The translations under genes were made by a program, and so were the position numbers. A stretch of 61,102 bases of DNA, filler included, from Pirum gemmata (lineage: Eukaryota), in NCBI GenBank assembly GCA_002812295.1. It is 17 parts of 17 records of this genome, joined end to end, with 100 filler letters (N's around TTAATTAATTAA, not from the genome) between each part and the next. Parts side by side here need not be neighbours in the genome. Positions count along the whole stretch, not along the records: positions 10,037 to 13,270 come from PDIN01002976.1; positions 13,371 to 16,591 come from PDIN01002977.1; positions 16,692 to 19,978 come from PDIN01002978.1; positions 20,079 to 23,345 come from PDIN01002979.1; 13 more parts are not named here. One strand, written 5' to 3'. How positions within the stretch are numbered: position 1 is the stretch's first letter; each line of letters starts with the position of its first letter. The notes beneath the pieces were generated by a model that did not search any database, was not told the DNA's origin, and worked only from the letters and a program-made list of their open reading frames with translations. Of this stretch, positions 10,890-22,972 are shown one piece after another.

Positions 10890-13231
10890 GTTGCATGAAT
10901 ATTGCTGAGCCGTCTGTTTTTAATGAAGGTATAAATTTTAATTCAACCAATTAATTTATTCAACCAATTAAATTAAATATAGACTAATACAAGCAATCCG
11001 AAATTAATTTAATTTTAAAATTGTTAAGAAAATATGCTTTTATAGAAAACTTAAAAATGCTAAGTATTAAATTGATAATATCAAAATTAATTTGATTTTT
11101 AAATTTTTTTTAAAAATATAGTGTTATGGAAAAATAAGTTTTATTTATCTTTTAAAATTTGTTTAAAAAAAATAGCTAACTTAATTTAACTTTTGAATTT
11201 TGTTAAAAAATATACTGTTAAAGAAAAATTATTTAATTTTTGTTAAAAAAAAATACCAAAATTAATTAAACTCGAAAAAAAAAAAAGAAAATCTTTTGAA
11301 AAATGTCACTATTTAATAATTGTGATCGAACTGTTTGATTCGATTATGTTTTCACGCATCTCTCTGTTTTGGAAAAATAAATTTTATTTAATGTTTAAGA
11401 TTTGTTAAAAAAATAGAATTTTTTATGGAAAAATGGGTTAAAATGCCGAAAATATCCAATTTAATTTATTTTTTAAATTTGCTAAATATATATATATATA
11501 TAATTTTGTTTAAATACAAGTTAAAATGCTACTCATTAAAAATATCAAGTCAGAATTACCACGTACGTTTGATTCTATTATATTAGTTTTTTGTTTATAT
11601 AACTACCTTTTTTTTTAAATTGTTATTATTGTTCCCCTGATCTTACTTATTAATTTATAAACACTTTCTTAAATATCTCTAAAATAGGTCAACATCCTTG
11701 GTTTGAATGCAAAGCGATGTTGGTGAGTCGTTTTGATGTCATTATTGTCGTTTTATTTTACTTTATTTCTTCTTTTTATTTTTAATCATAAAACTATATA
11801 TAACTATAATTATTGTAATGATTATTTTTCAACCGCTCCACATATTCCACTTTACAATATTATATAATATAATATAATACAATACAATACAATACAATAC
11901 ACTACACTACACTACACTACACTACACTGCACTACAATATAATATAATATAATATAATATAATACAATACATGCAATGCAATACAACCCTAACCCTAACC
12001 CTAACCCTATAACCTATATTCTATAACCCTATAACCCTATAACCCTATAACCCTATAACCCTATAACCCTATAACCCTATAACCCTATAACCGTATAACC
12101 CTATAACCCTATAACCCTATAACCCTATAATCCTGTAACCCTACAGCCTTATAATCCTATAACCCTAACCCTATAACAACCCTATAACAACTCTAATCCC
12201 GTAACACCTAACCCTAACCCTAACCCTAACCCTATAATCCTAACCCTATAACCCTAACCCTATAACCCTAGCCCTATAACCCTAACCCTATAACCCTAAC
12301 CCTATAACCCTAACCCTATAACCCTACCCCCCGTAATGCAATAGATAAACTATCCTACTGTAGCCTGTGTTGATGGAAAGTATCAAATTTTTATCCCAGA
12401 AGAAATCAAGAATAATCATAGCGACAACAATAATGATAATAATAACATAGCTAAACCACAAACCAATACTTACGAAAACATCAGTGAAATTTTTAGTCTT
12501 TCACGTTCACAAAGCAAATTTTCAATGGTGTACGATAATTATCTCGAGCATTTACTAAATTCAGCTGATGCTACGTCAGAGGAAAATGGATCGATAGGTT
12601 GGTTGGTTAATTAATCAAAAATTATTATGGGTATCATTGTTTATTACTGATACACTTTTTCGAAAGAAAATATAATAGACACATTATTGATTTTATTATC
12701 TTTAATAATTATCTCGAGTATCAACTAAATTAACCTGATGCCACGTCACAGGAAAATAGATCTTAACCCTAACCCTAACCCTCTGACCCTAACTTTAACC
12801 CTAACTTTAACCCTACTAGCCTAACCCTTTCTACACTTTTCTTTATTAGTTAAAATCCACCCAAACCATCCAAATCACCCAAATCATCCCAATTATCCAA
12901 TAATAAAAGCATCTATATGCTTAACCCTTTTTTCTTCAAACCTTTTAACTTTTTAAAATGCAAAATTTCAAACATAAAATCCATATTATTGGCTACAAAA
13001 TAATATGTATATATATATATATGAAGGCATTTCGAAACGAACCCTAACTCTAACCGTAACTATTTATATTTATATATATTGTAGGTGCTTTAATGTTAGA
13101 ACCTGTTTTGTTAGGTGCTGGTGGGATGTTATTGATTGATCCGTTATTTCAAAGAATTCTAGTTCAAAAATGTAAGGCAAGAAAAATTCCAGTTATATAC
13201 GACGAAGTGTTTGCTGGTTTTTGGCGTTTAG
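10890..13231 (+). CDS. BIO3-BIO1: BIO3-BIO1-type 7,8-diaminopelargonic acid aminotransferase (biotin synthesis), four internal exons
   Basis: Exons 10890-10928, 11688-11722, 12345-12597 and 13085-13231 splice in frame through GT-AG introns: GCMNIAEPSVFNE-GQHPWFECKAML-INYPTV...-GALMLEPVLLGAGGMLLIDPLFQR...IPVIYDEVFAGFWRLG, typical of the plant/fungal enzyme. The BIO3 half is not visible here. Confidence 0.9.
11987..12326 (+). repeat. Intronic telomere-like array, mixed CCCTAA and CCCTATAA units
   Basis: Read directly. Preceded by (TACAA/TACAC/TATAA)n pentamer runs and ends ~18 nt before the acceptor at 12344. Confidence 0.95.
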
Positions 13232-13370
13232 GTAAAATTCTCATTTTCATAATAATAATAATAATAATAANNNNNNNNNNNNNNNNNNNNNNNNNNNNNN
13301 NNNNNNNNNNNNNNTTAATTAATTAANNNNNNNNNNNNNNNNNNNNNNNNNNNNNNNNNNNNNNNNNNNN

Positions 13371-13401
<31 letters not shown>

Positions 13402-15167
13402 GCAACACCAAACAATAATCACACACAATAAAAAGCAACCACAACAAACAACAAACAACAAACAACAACCAAACAACAACAAAGAACAACAAACAACCAC
13501 AAACAAACAACAAACAAAACAAATCTTAAAGATAAAAAAGATAAAAGAAGAATATGACAATAAATAAGAAAAGAGCATTCAGGGGAGAATTTTAAGAAAA
13601 CAATGTTGATAAAGCACGCTAGAATAATGACAATAATAACAATAATAATAAACAAAACCAACACAGAAGGCATCTTTTTAATTTTATCTTTGCAATGGTT
13701 TGGGGGTGTTAATTATTCTTGAGTGAAGATGATGGCAATCAAAAGAATTCTTGCTGTTGCTGATTTAAAGAAACTTTGCTTACATTGAATTGATTGAATT
13801 GATTGAATTGGTTGGTTGATTGAATGAATGAATGAATGGATGAAAGAACGTCGGGATTTTGATGTGTGTGTTGGGAGATTTTGATTTATAGTTTGTGTAG
13901 ACTACGTGGTGTATAATATGATAATATGATCATATTATTATAGTATTATTATACACTCTAGCTAGCTAGCTAGCTAGTATCATACTCTCTAGCTGCCTAG
14001 AGTCTAGCTAGCTAGTATTGATAATAATAGACTATCATTGATAATTTGATATATGTCATATCGATAGCTACTAGCTAGCTAGCTAGCTAGTAGAGCTCCA
14101 CAGGACCACAGCCTCTAGCTAGCTAGCTAGAGTCTAGACCGGGGCACCTAGCTAGCTAGCTAGCTCGAGCCCTACAGTAACTAGCTAGCTACTTTATCCT
14201 AAGAGTATCAGTAGGAGTATCAATTCTGTATCATAACAACTATGATATCATATCATAACTCTCCGCTACTATGCTAGCTAGCTAGTAGACTTATCATAAG
14301 ATTCATAACGTGCCCTAATTTCAGTCTATCGGTATTTTTGTAATCAAGAACCTGAATCAAGAGTCAAAACCCCAGGTTCATGAACTGGTTCATGGTTCTT
14401 GAGATGATATCATATGATAGCTATCATAGGTCTTGAGACCTACCACAGCTCCTCCTACCTACTACTGAGGCCTACCACGAGCTAGCAAGACTAAGTTCTA
14501 CTAGCTAGCTAGCTAGAGACTAAGTTAGTCCTGTAAGTTAGTCTACTATCATCTACCAGGGGGTATCATTATCATATGAGACTCATATGAGTATATATCT
14601 GAGTCTACTATGAATCTATGATATCTGATAGACTGTGATAGACTCGAGATGATAGACTACTTATTATAGACCTTTTAATTAATATCAACTATATATCTGA
14701 TAGTATAGATATTATACTATGATATCATACCAGTACAAGACAACCAGTATTGATAGCTACTAACTAAGCCTATAGATAGCTACTATCATAGCTAGCTACT
14801 AGCTAGAGTATGATACAAGTAGACAGGGTTAGAGACCTGGTTAGAGACAGGGTGGGTCTACCTAGCTAGCTAGCTAGCTAGACTAGATTACTACTAGCTA
14901 GCTAGAGCTAGCTAGTCTATCTGACGAGAAGAAAAATATCATAGTAGTCATAGTAGGTCTATGATAGACTAGCTAGAGCTAGCTAGTCTATCTGACGAGA
15001 AGAAAAATATCATAGTAGTCATAGTAGGTCTATGATAGAAAAATATGATATGATTATATACGATTATAGAAAAATAGAAAAAATAGCTGAAAAAATACTG
15101 AAAAAATAGAAAAATAGGCCACGCGGAATCGCTGGAATGTGGTTCATGTCAACTTCACGAGTCTTCA

Positions 15168-15322
15168 GGGAGCGTTCAAATACTACGTAACGCCAATTTC
15201 CGGTCAAATACAGCTTCAAATACCCCTACCTAAGTCCTACCTACCAACCCCCCGACGTTAATTTCCGGTCAAATACCACCTACCTACTTACCCTTGACGT
15301 GACGTACTATTTGAACGCTCCC
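15168..15322. mobile_element. MITE family B, PIF/Harbinger-like (TIR GGGAGCGTTCAAATA.TACGT.ACG)
   Basis: ~25-bp TIRs. Other copies at 42178-42322 (TAT/TAT flanks) and 46614-46864 (TTA/TTA flanks), partial copies at ~35525-35655 and ~48262-48392. A 3-bp TSD fits PIF/Harbinger. Confidence 0.8.
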
Positions 15323-16160
15323 TTATTTTATCTACTAGCTAGCTACTAGCTAGAATAAGTCTAGAAACTCTAGTAGGATATCATAGTATCTGATAGTTTG
15401 TTTATCTGAGCTAGCTAGCTAGCTAGCTATGGTCTACTACTAGACTAACTGGTACTCTTGTTTTACATTATTTTCAGACAGAGTAAGAAGATGTAAACAA
15501 ACGATTTATTTGGAACTCGATAATAAATATATTTCAAACATTGGATATTAAAAAATATCGTATCAAAATTATTTCGAGCCGAATTATCAATAATGGTTTT
15601 TTAAAAAAACTGACCGATAAGATTCTTTCTAGTCTTTCTTCCCTGTAATTCTTATTTTTTTTTAATTTTTTTTTTTTTGCATTGTTTGATCTGGCTTTTT
15701 GAGTGGTTGAACACTGGTTGACTTGGTTTGACTCATGACTCCGTTTTTAAAACTTTATTCGATGGTGTACATATATTAAAGCCATCCAACTTTTAATTTT
15801 AAATAGGGTAGACAAAAAAAAAAAAAAATCACATGTAGAAAATCATATACTAAAAATTCCACCCATACATATAAACTAAACCAATCTGCAGTTAGAATTT
15901 TTATAAAATCTGTATAATCTATAGACCCCCCCTCTACGAGTGAAAAAAGCTTGAAAAAATATAAAACGTTAGTAGATTTGATTTTTTTAGAGACTATGGT
16001 CCTTTTTTGTCAATTGGATGTTTTTAGGCTGTGTGCGACAAATCATTTTAGTTTTCTTCAACAACTTTTTTTTTTTCACAACTTTTCAGTCACATTTTCT
16101 CACATTAAATTTTGGTAAATGGTATAATAATATAATATTAACACTATATTAACCATTATT

Positions 16161-16191
<31 letters not shown>

Positions 16192-16253
16192 TTTTTTTTT
16201 GAATTGAAAAACACAGCATATTTTGTTTTTCAATTTCCCATATTTTTGTTACA

Positions 16254-16527
16254 ATGGCTAATATGGACGAAACAAAATCGACGGCACCAATCAGTGTTGA
16301 TAACTTGGACAAAACTAAATCAACAGAACCCAGTGCAAAGAAGTTGAAATTGATGAAAATTCACGAACAGAAACCTGAAGTAATTATTCCTGGTGGGTTT
16401 GCTATAACATCATTTTATTGTTTTAAAGATGTTACTGATATAGAAGGCAAACAACCAGAGTTGCTTGCGTTTGCTAAAAAGCATGAAGTTCGAGGTTCTA
16501 TATTACTTGCTACCGAAGGATTCAATG
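16254..16527 (+). CDS. First exon of a TrhO/YceA/TSTD2-family (UPF0176 rhodanese) protein
   Basis: SFYCF...ELLAFAKKHEVRGSILLATEGFNG matches the N-terminal FY.F...RG.I.LA.EG.NG signature. Donor G|GTAAGT at 16528. Confidence 0.8.
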
Positions 16528-16705
16528 GTAAGTTATGTTGCTATTATGCTGTTATTTGTTGGTTGTTGGTTGTTGGTTGTTGGTTGTTGGTNNNNNNNNN
16601 NNNNNNNNNNNNNNNNNNNNNNNNNNNNNNNNNNNTTAATTAATTAANNNNNNNNNNNNNNNNNNNNNNNNNNNNNNNNNNNNNNNNNNNNATAATTAGT
16701 AACTA

Positions 16706-16919
16706 GGGAGATACGGTAAAAACCATCGAATCGAGACTAGTTCGAAATTTTTGAAATTTTTCGATCTAATTTTAAGTATTGATTCACTTTTGATTTCATT
16801 AGAAATTTTTTTAAAGTTTCTTAGAAATTTCATTGAAAAACTTTAAACTAAAAAAAAAATTGTCACTATTTAATAATTAGGATCGAGTGTTTGATTCGAT
16901 TACGTTTTCCTGCACCTCC
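16706..16919. mobile_element. MITE family A, full-length copy
   Basis: TIRs GGGAGATACGGTAAAAACCATCGAATCGA ... TTGATTCGATTACGTTTTCCTGCACCTCC, collinear with 19516-19713. Confidence 0.8.
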
Positions 16920-17039
16920 TAGGATACGAGCACTTAATAATAAATCAAAATTGAGAGGGGCCAAAATACTAGTTATCAATTTTCATATAGCAGTGAGAGC
17001 TAAGTTAACATTTTACGTCATATCATCTATTTCATTACA

Positions 17040-17220
17040 GTTGTCCTCTCAATCTTTAATTTGGTATTGTTTAAGTATTTAATTGAACTTGTTTATAAAA
17101 TATAACAATAAGTATAAAATACCAAATTAATTAAACCCATGTCTGATAGTTTAACCATAATAATAATTTGGTACGTTTATTTCAGTTTTTGAACTGAACA
17201 GCACTATTGAAAAACACGAT
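17040..17220. mobile_element. Dispersed ~180-bp repeat family D (MITE-like, internal TACCAAATTAA motifs)
   Basis: Related copies in both orientations at ~6225-6360, 27345-27505, 36886-37065, 37143-37296, 46294-46426 and 51898-52025. The termini resemble the ATCGTG ends of family C. Confidence 0.75.
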
Positions 17221-17299
17221 ACAATATACCTCTTCTCAAATTAAGCTTGCAATTGCCTGTTAAAAATGGTACACGATGTAACTTGACTGTTCAAAATCA

Positions 17300-18045
17300 G
17301 TTTGGTTTTAATTCACTGCAATCATTTTCTGGAAATGGCAGAGTATGTTTACTTTTTTATTAAACTGCAACAATTAAAGTAGTTTAATAACTAAATATAG
17401 TCAATGTTAAATTCTATTGGCTTTGTTTGGTTTAACCCGCTGCTATCATTTATTGAAATGACAGGGTATGTTTGCCTTTTTAGTAAACTACAACATTTAA
17501 AGTAGTTTAATAACTAAATATAGTCAATGTCAAATTCTATTGGCTTTGTTTGGTTTAACCCACTACTATCATTTTCTCGAAATGGCAGGGTATGTTTGCT
17601 TTTTTAGTAAACTACAACATTTAAAGTAGTTTAATAACTAAATATAGTCAATGTTAAATTCTATTGGCTTTGTTTGTTTTTAACCCGCCGCCTTTCTTTT
17701 CTGGAAACGACAGAGTATGTTTATTTTTTTAGTAAACTACATATTTAAAGCAGTTTAATTAATAACGAAGTATAGTCATGATATTGGCTTTGTTTGGTTT
17801 AACCCGCTGCTATCATTTTCTCGAAATGGCAGGGTATGTTTACTTTTTTAGTAAACTATCATACAATACCACGGTATTTGAAAAAGTTTAATAACGAAAT
17901 ATAGTAATGTTAAATTTTTTTTGGCTTTGTTTGGTTTAACCCGCTGATATAATTTTCTCGAAATGGCAGGGTATGTTTACTTTTTTAGTAAACTAAACCG
18001 TTTAAAGTAGTTTAATAACTAGATATAGTCAATGTCAAATTCTAT
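17300..18045. repeat. Minisatellite, six tandem ~123-bp units
   Basis: The GTATGTTT anchor recurs near 17343, 17466, 17590, 17715, 17835 and 17971. Each unit has a TAAACTAC...GTAGTTTA inverted pair. Confidence 0.9.
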
Positions 18046-19515
18046 TCGTTTGTTATTTCAAAAAAAGTGTGGTTTTTTTTTTCACAAACCTTTTGATTGA
18101 ATTTTTTCTAATTTTTGAGGTTTAAATTATAGTTGGGGTTAGGGTTAGGGTCAAGTGTATAGTGAAAATGGAATCGTAATTTGTTTTCGAACTGGTTTCT
18201 TTTTTAGGGAAGGGTGTAGTCTAAGAATGAGCGGTCAAGGCAGTATTTTATTACAAAAAAAAAAAACATCCCCTCTCCTAGTCGGTCTCCAGATTGAGCA
18301 GGGTTTTTTACAAGATTCGAGCTTGAAAAAAAAAGAAAACAAACTATTCCGTGTCAGATTTCGGATCGAAAAATTATCAATTCTGTCTGAATATTGCTGA
18401 GGGGATGGAAAATGGAAAGCAATTATTAATTGCTGAAACTTTACTGAACCAGTTTCCGAACATATTTATTTTCTATTTTATAATTTTCGAGCTGGAATAA
18501 AATATTTTTTTGGGCAAAGTTGCCATAACCAGACATAAAGTAAATTAAAAACACTGTTTCGCATCCAAGCAGAAAGATTCGAGCCTGAAGAAAAGAACCC
18601 ATGCCCTTGTTCGTCCGCGTCCGATCAAACGATTTTGGATCCGAAAAATTATTAATTATAGTCTGAATATTTCCGGGAGGGGGGGGGGACATATTTATTT
18701 ACTATTTGAAATTTTCGAGGTGGAATATAATACTTTTTCGGGCAGCCCATTAATTGAAAACACTGTTTCGTATCCAACCAGAAAACTTTGGAACGTTTCG
18801 GACAGGCAAAGAAATACCATGATGATAGTATTATCTAAAACCAACTAACTAACAACGAAACAACAAATTTTGCCCTCAGATCGAAAAAATCGAATCAAAT
18901 TTTTAATAATTTTAAATTTTAATGTTAAAAATTTCGAGCATAGCATTTTCGAAAAACTACCAATTTGTATTTCAAAGGTACAATTTTTAGTTACCTATAT
19001 TAAAGTTGGTTGTTTTCGTCTGTTGAAAAGTTTTTTCTACAAATTACTATTAGTAAATTATTGTTTTGCCCCACCTCCCCTATAGCCCCTCAATTTTCTC
19101 TTTGTTTATTGAATTTAGAATGTGTTGATATTCAATTAGTATAATAAAACAACTTTAAAAATAGTATTAATATTGCCTTTTTTTAATTTTTAATTTTTAA
19201 TTTTTTAATTTTTTTTTAATTTTTTAATTTTTTTTTTAATGTAAATATTGCAAAAAGTAGTATAAATTCTTTTGTTTTATTTGTATCCATTTGTTTATAA
19301 TTCTTATTATAATATCTATATTCAACGACATAAAATAATCAGTTTCTTAACGATCCAACACTCAAGTAATTATATTGATATTACTAGTCTTTAAACTATT
19401 TCAATTAATTGTATAATCCCGAGTCTCTCTTAATAATTTGAATTTGTTTTTTGTACACCAACATCACAAGCAATAAATTTTCTTTTGTTTTTATCACAGT
19501 CAATATGTTTACACA

Positions 19516-19713
19516 GGGAGATGCGGGAAAAACCATCGAATCGAGACTAGTTCCAAACTTTCGAAATTTTTCGATCTTATTTTAAGTATTGACTCACTTT
19601 TGATTTCATTAAAAATTCTAAAAAATTTCATTTCTTAAAAATTTCATAGAAAAAACTTGAAACTCGAAGTAGGATCGAACTGTTTGATTCGATTATGTTT
19701 TCCCATATCTTCC
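19516..19713. mobile_element. MITE family A copy
   Basis: TIRs GGGAGATGCGGGAAAAACCATCGAATC ... GATTCGATTATGTTTTCCCATATCTTCC. Confidence 0.8.
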
Positions 19714-21157
19714 TGGTAGGTTAATAATAGATACAAATTCAGGGGAAATACAACTTTGTTATGATCTTTAACCCAAAAGAATATATCGATCATCATTCTT
19801 TTTATAACGTTAACAGTTCGTTGATAATTGACGTCATAATAATGGCGCCTAAATAATTCAAATTCTAAATCATTTTTTTCTAAAAATAATTTTTTTGATT
19901 TTGTATGATATCATATCATAATGATTACAAGAAAAAAAAAACAAAAAAAACAAAACAAAAAAAAAAAAAAAAAAAAAANNNNNNNNNNNNNNNNNNNNNN
20001 NNNNNNNNNNNNNNNNNNNNNNTTAATTAATTAANNNNNNNNNNNNNNNNNNNNNNNNNNNNNNNNNNNNNNNNNNNNTTTATTTATTTATTTATTTATC
20101 TATACTACTTGTGGGTTAGGGTTATAATTAGGATTAGGGATTAATTACTGTCGAACCCACTTGACCCTATATATTTGCAGCTGTTTTGATTACGAGCTCG
20201 AGGCTATAAAATTACAATTAATATCAATGAATGTCATTTGTTTATTGGATAACTATTCCAATCGTAATGTGCTGCATTAACGTTGATGTACTCTTGGTTT
20301 TAGTTACAGTTTTGAGCATTTTTTTGAATATTATCATACATAATATAATATAAATAAAAAAAAGAAAAATAATAATAATAAAATGATCATAATTATGTAT
20401 AGAAAGAAATTCATAGAAACAGTTAGTTATAATATAATACCATCACCTGATAAACAAACAGAGACATACGTATTGACCAAAAAAAGAAAATACCTACGTA
20501 TATTATACCTTTTAATTTTAAAATGTAAAAGTGACGTGAAAAAATCGACTGAATTCAGTGTTTTTCACTGGCCTGTACTAACTACATCAATGTTCCATCG
20601 CTCAGTCTTTAGTTTAACGACCTAACATGATCCAATCGAACTGTAGACCTATAGCTATTTAAAACTGCAGCTAGCTAGTGGTATATAGAATATATCATAA
20701 TAATATCAAACAACTGAAAAGCACGATATTATTATGATAAGTCCGTTTCATTTAATTTGGTATATTTTATTATCTATTTATTCAATTTAAATATTATAAT
20801 CAACCAAATAAATATTCGGAGTGTCAAAATAAATGAAAACCACGATACGTAGTGGCACGGTAGTAGTGTGCTAGTAGTCTCAGTGCTCTAGTAGCTAGTA
20901 GTAGAGCTAGAGTGTGTGGTATGATATCACTGATAGTATCGACAGTAAACACTACTAGCTAGCTAGCTAGCTAGAGGTAGTAAAAGCTTTGGTCTTAGTT
21001 AGCCTGCCGCCAGACTAAGCTAGCCAGCTAGCAGCTTGGGTAGTCTGTGTCTATTATTATTGGCACAATTTGGCGGGTCTCATGGTAGACCGTCTACGAT
21101 AGACTATCATAGAACAGTCATAGAACACTCATAAAACGCAGATGGAGTTCAATCAGT

Positions 21158-21391
21158 AGGAGGGGTGAGAACTCTTATGACGAACTTTTTTGACCGAGGC
21201 ACAAAGTAAATGTTGTTCGCCTGTTTCGCCTTACCATATTTAGTATTTGTAATTATTTATTTAGTAGCTACTTATTTAAGTAGTTACTTTAAAAAGAGTT
21301 TATTATACTATTATAGTAACTTTAGGCAAATTTCTGGAAGTTCGCCGGTCCGAGCGTCCAATTGGTAAGATGACGTCATCTTATCCCTCCT
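21158..21391. mobile_element. MITE family F relative (TIR AGGAGGGGTGAGA...TCTTATCCCTCCT)
   Basis: TIRs with near-matching 8-nt flanks (CAATCAGT / TCATCAGT). Shares the subterminal GATGACGTCATC motif with 35833-36391 and 44789-45018. Confidence 0.65.
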
Positions 21392-22231
21392 TCATCAGTA
21401 GTTCATCCTAGCTAGCTACTAGCTAGAGTTCTAGCTAGGGAGTTCATCACAAGAATTTTTTTTTATTAAATTTTTATATTTAGACTATCTTTTATGACTC
21501 TTTTATGATATTAGTTGGTTATTACAGTTATTACAGTTATTAGAAACGTTGTTAATAATATTACAACTAGTAATGTTATTAGTATTCAATTTGCTAAAAT
21601 TGGTAATAATCCATATATACGCATTGATGTCTTTTTGATGATCCTTTTTATTACGTTTAATTAATTATAGTTTATTGTACAAAATTTAAGTTATTCAATA
21701 AAAGGTAATATTAATATATTAATTATCATTTCCTTGTATTACTCCTTGAATCAGCACAAGGCTGTACATGTATACGTATTATTACAGTATTGTCATCATA
21801 CTACTAGATTACTGCTTTTATATCAAAATATTATATAATACTAAATATATATAGCTATAGCTAAAGCCTTACTTAGTATGTATTACGTGGCAGTGTACAA
21901 ATCATTAAATTTTTTTGAATTATAAATTTAAATATTAATATTAATAACCTTAACTCTATTAAACCTCAGCAGTCCTCAACTCCTCAACCCCAACATCAAC
22001 CCTGACTTAGTCCTAACAGTGTCTCAACTCTCAACCCCAACGTTAACGCCAACCCAAATTTAACTCTAAAACCCCAACAAACCCAACAGTTCCTAATTTC
22101 ACCCTATCAGTCCTTACTTATAACAGTCCTTAATTAACCCTAACAGACCACACAGACCTGTAATCATAACAGTAACCCTAACTGTAACCTTAATCCCAAT
22201 TCCAATCCTAGGCATAGCCAAATCCTAACCA

Positions 22232-22696
22232 ACTCTACCCTTATATCTAACCCTCATATTAATTCTAATCATATTCTTAACTCTAATTAACCACAACTAA
22301 TTATAACCCTAGGTATGTATACGTGTATATAGCTCTAAGCCTAAGCCTAAGTCTAAACTCGAACCCTAATTATAACTCTCTAACTCTAGTAATCCTAACC
22401 CTCTAACTCTAATTTGTAACCCTAACCTACTAGCAGGGACCTTCCATATTTTATCAGATATCATAGTTACAAATTAGAGTTAGAGGGTTAGGATTATTAT
22501 TAGAGTTAGAGAGTTACCTATATAATATATAATATATAATTATATAAGGTTAGAGTTAAGGCTTAGACTTAGACTTAGGGCTATATAATACGTATATATA
22601 CGGTATACCTTGGGTTATAATTTGTAGGGTTAATTAAGGTTAATTAAAATAATACGATTAGAATTAATATTAGGATTAGATATAAGGTTAGCGTTG
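22232..22696. repeat. Long inverted repeat of degenerate telomere-like sequence
   Basis: Arms ~22232-22420 and 22466-22696. The innermost 31 bp are perfectly complementary around a 45-nt spacer. Confidence 0.85.
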
Positions 22697-22972
22697 ATTA
22701 TTATTAGGTTTTGATAAGACTCTCTAAGGTCTCTGAAACATAGTATCGGATATCATGGGGACTATAGACAGTATAAAGTCATAGACTTTAGAAGCTCTCT
22801 ACTGCTAGCTAGTAGCTAGGCGATTCGCGATACAACCGGTGCTATCAATTATTTCTATCAATTTGGACAATTTGGTAACTTCGATCTTCCCCCAAAAAAG
22901 CAAGGAATTTTTATTTTTAGCTTTTCAGAAGTTTTTCAGAGTCTTTTCAGTTTTTTTTTTTTTTTTTTTTAA

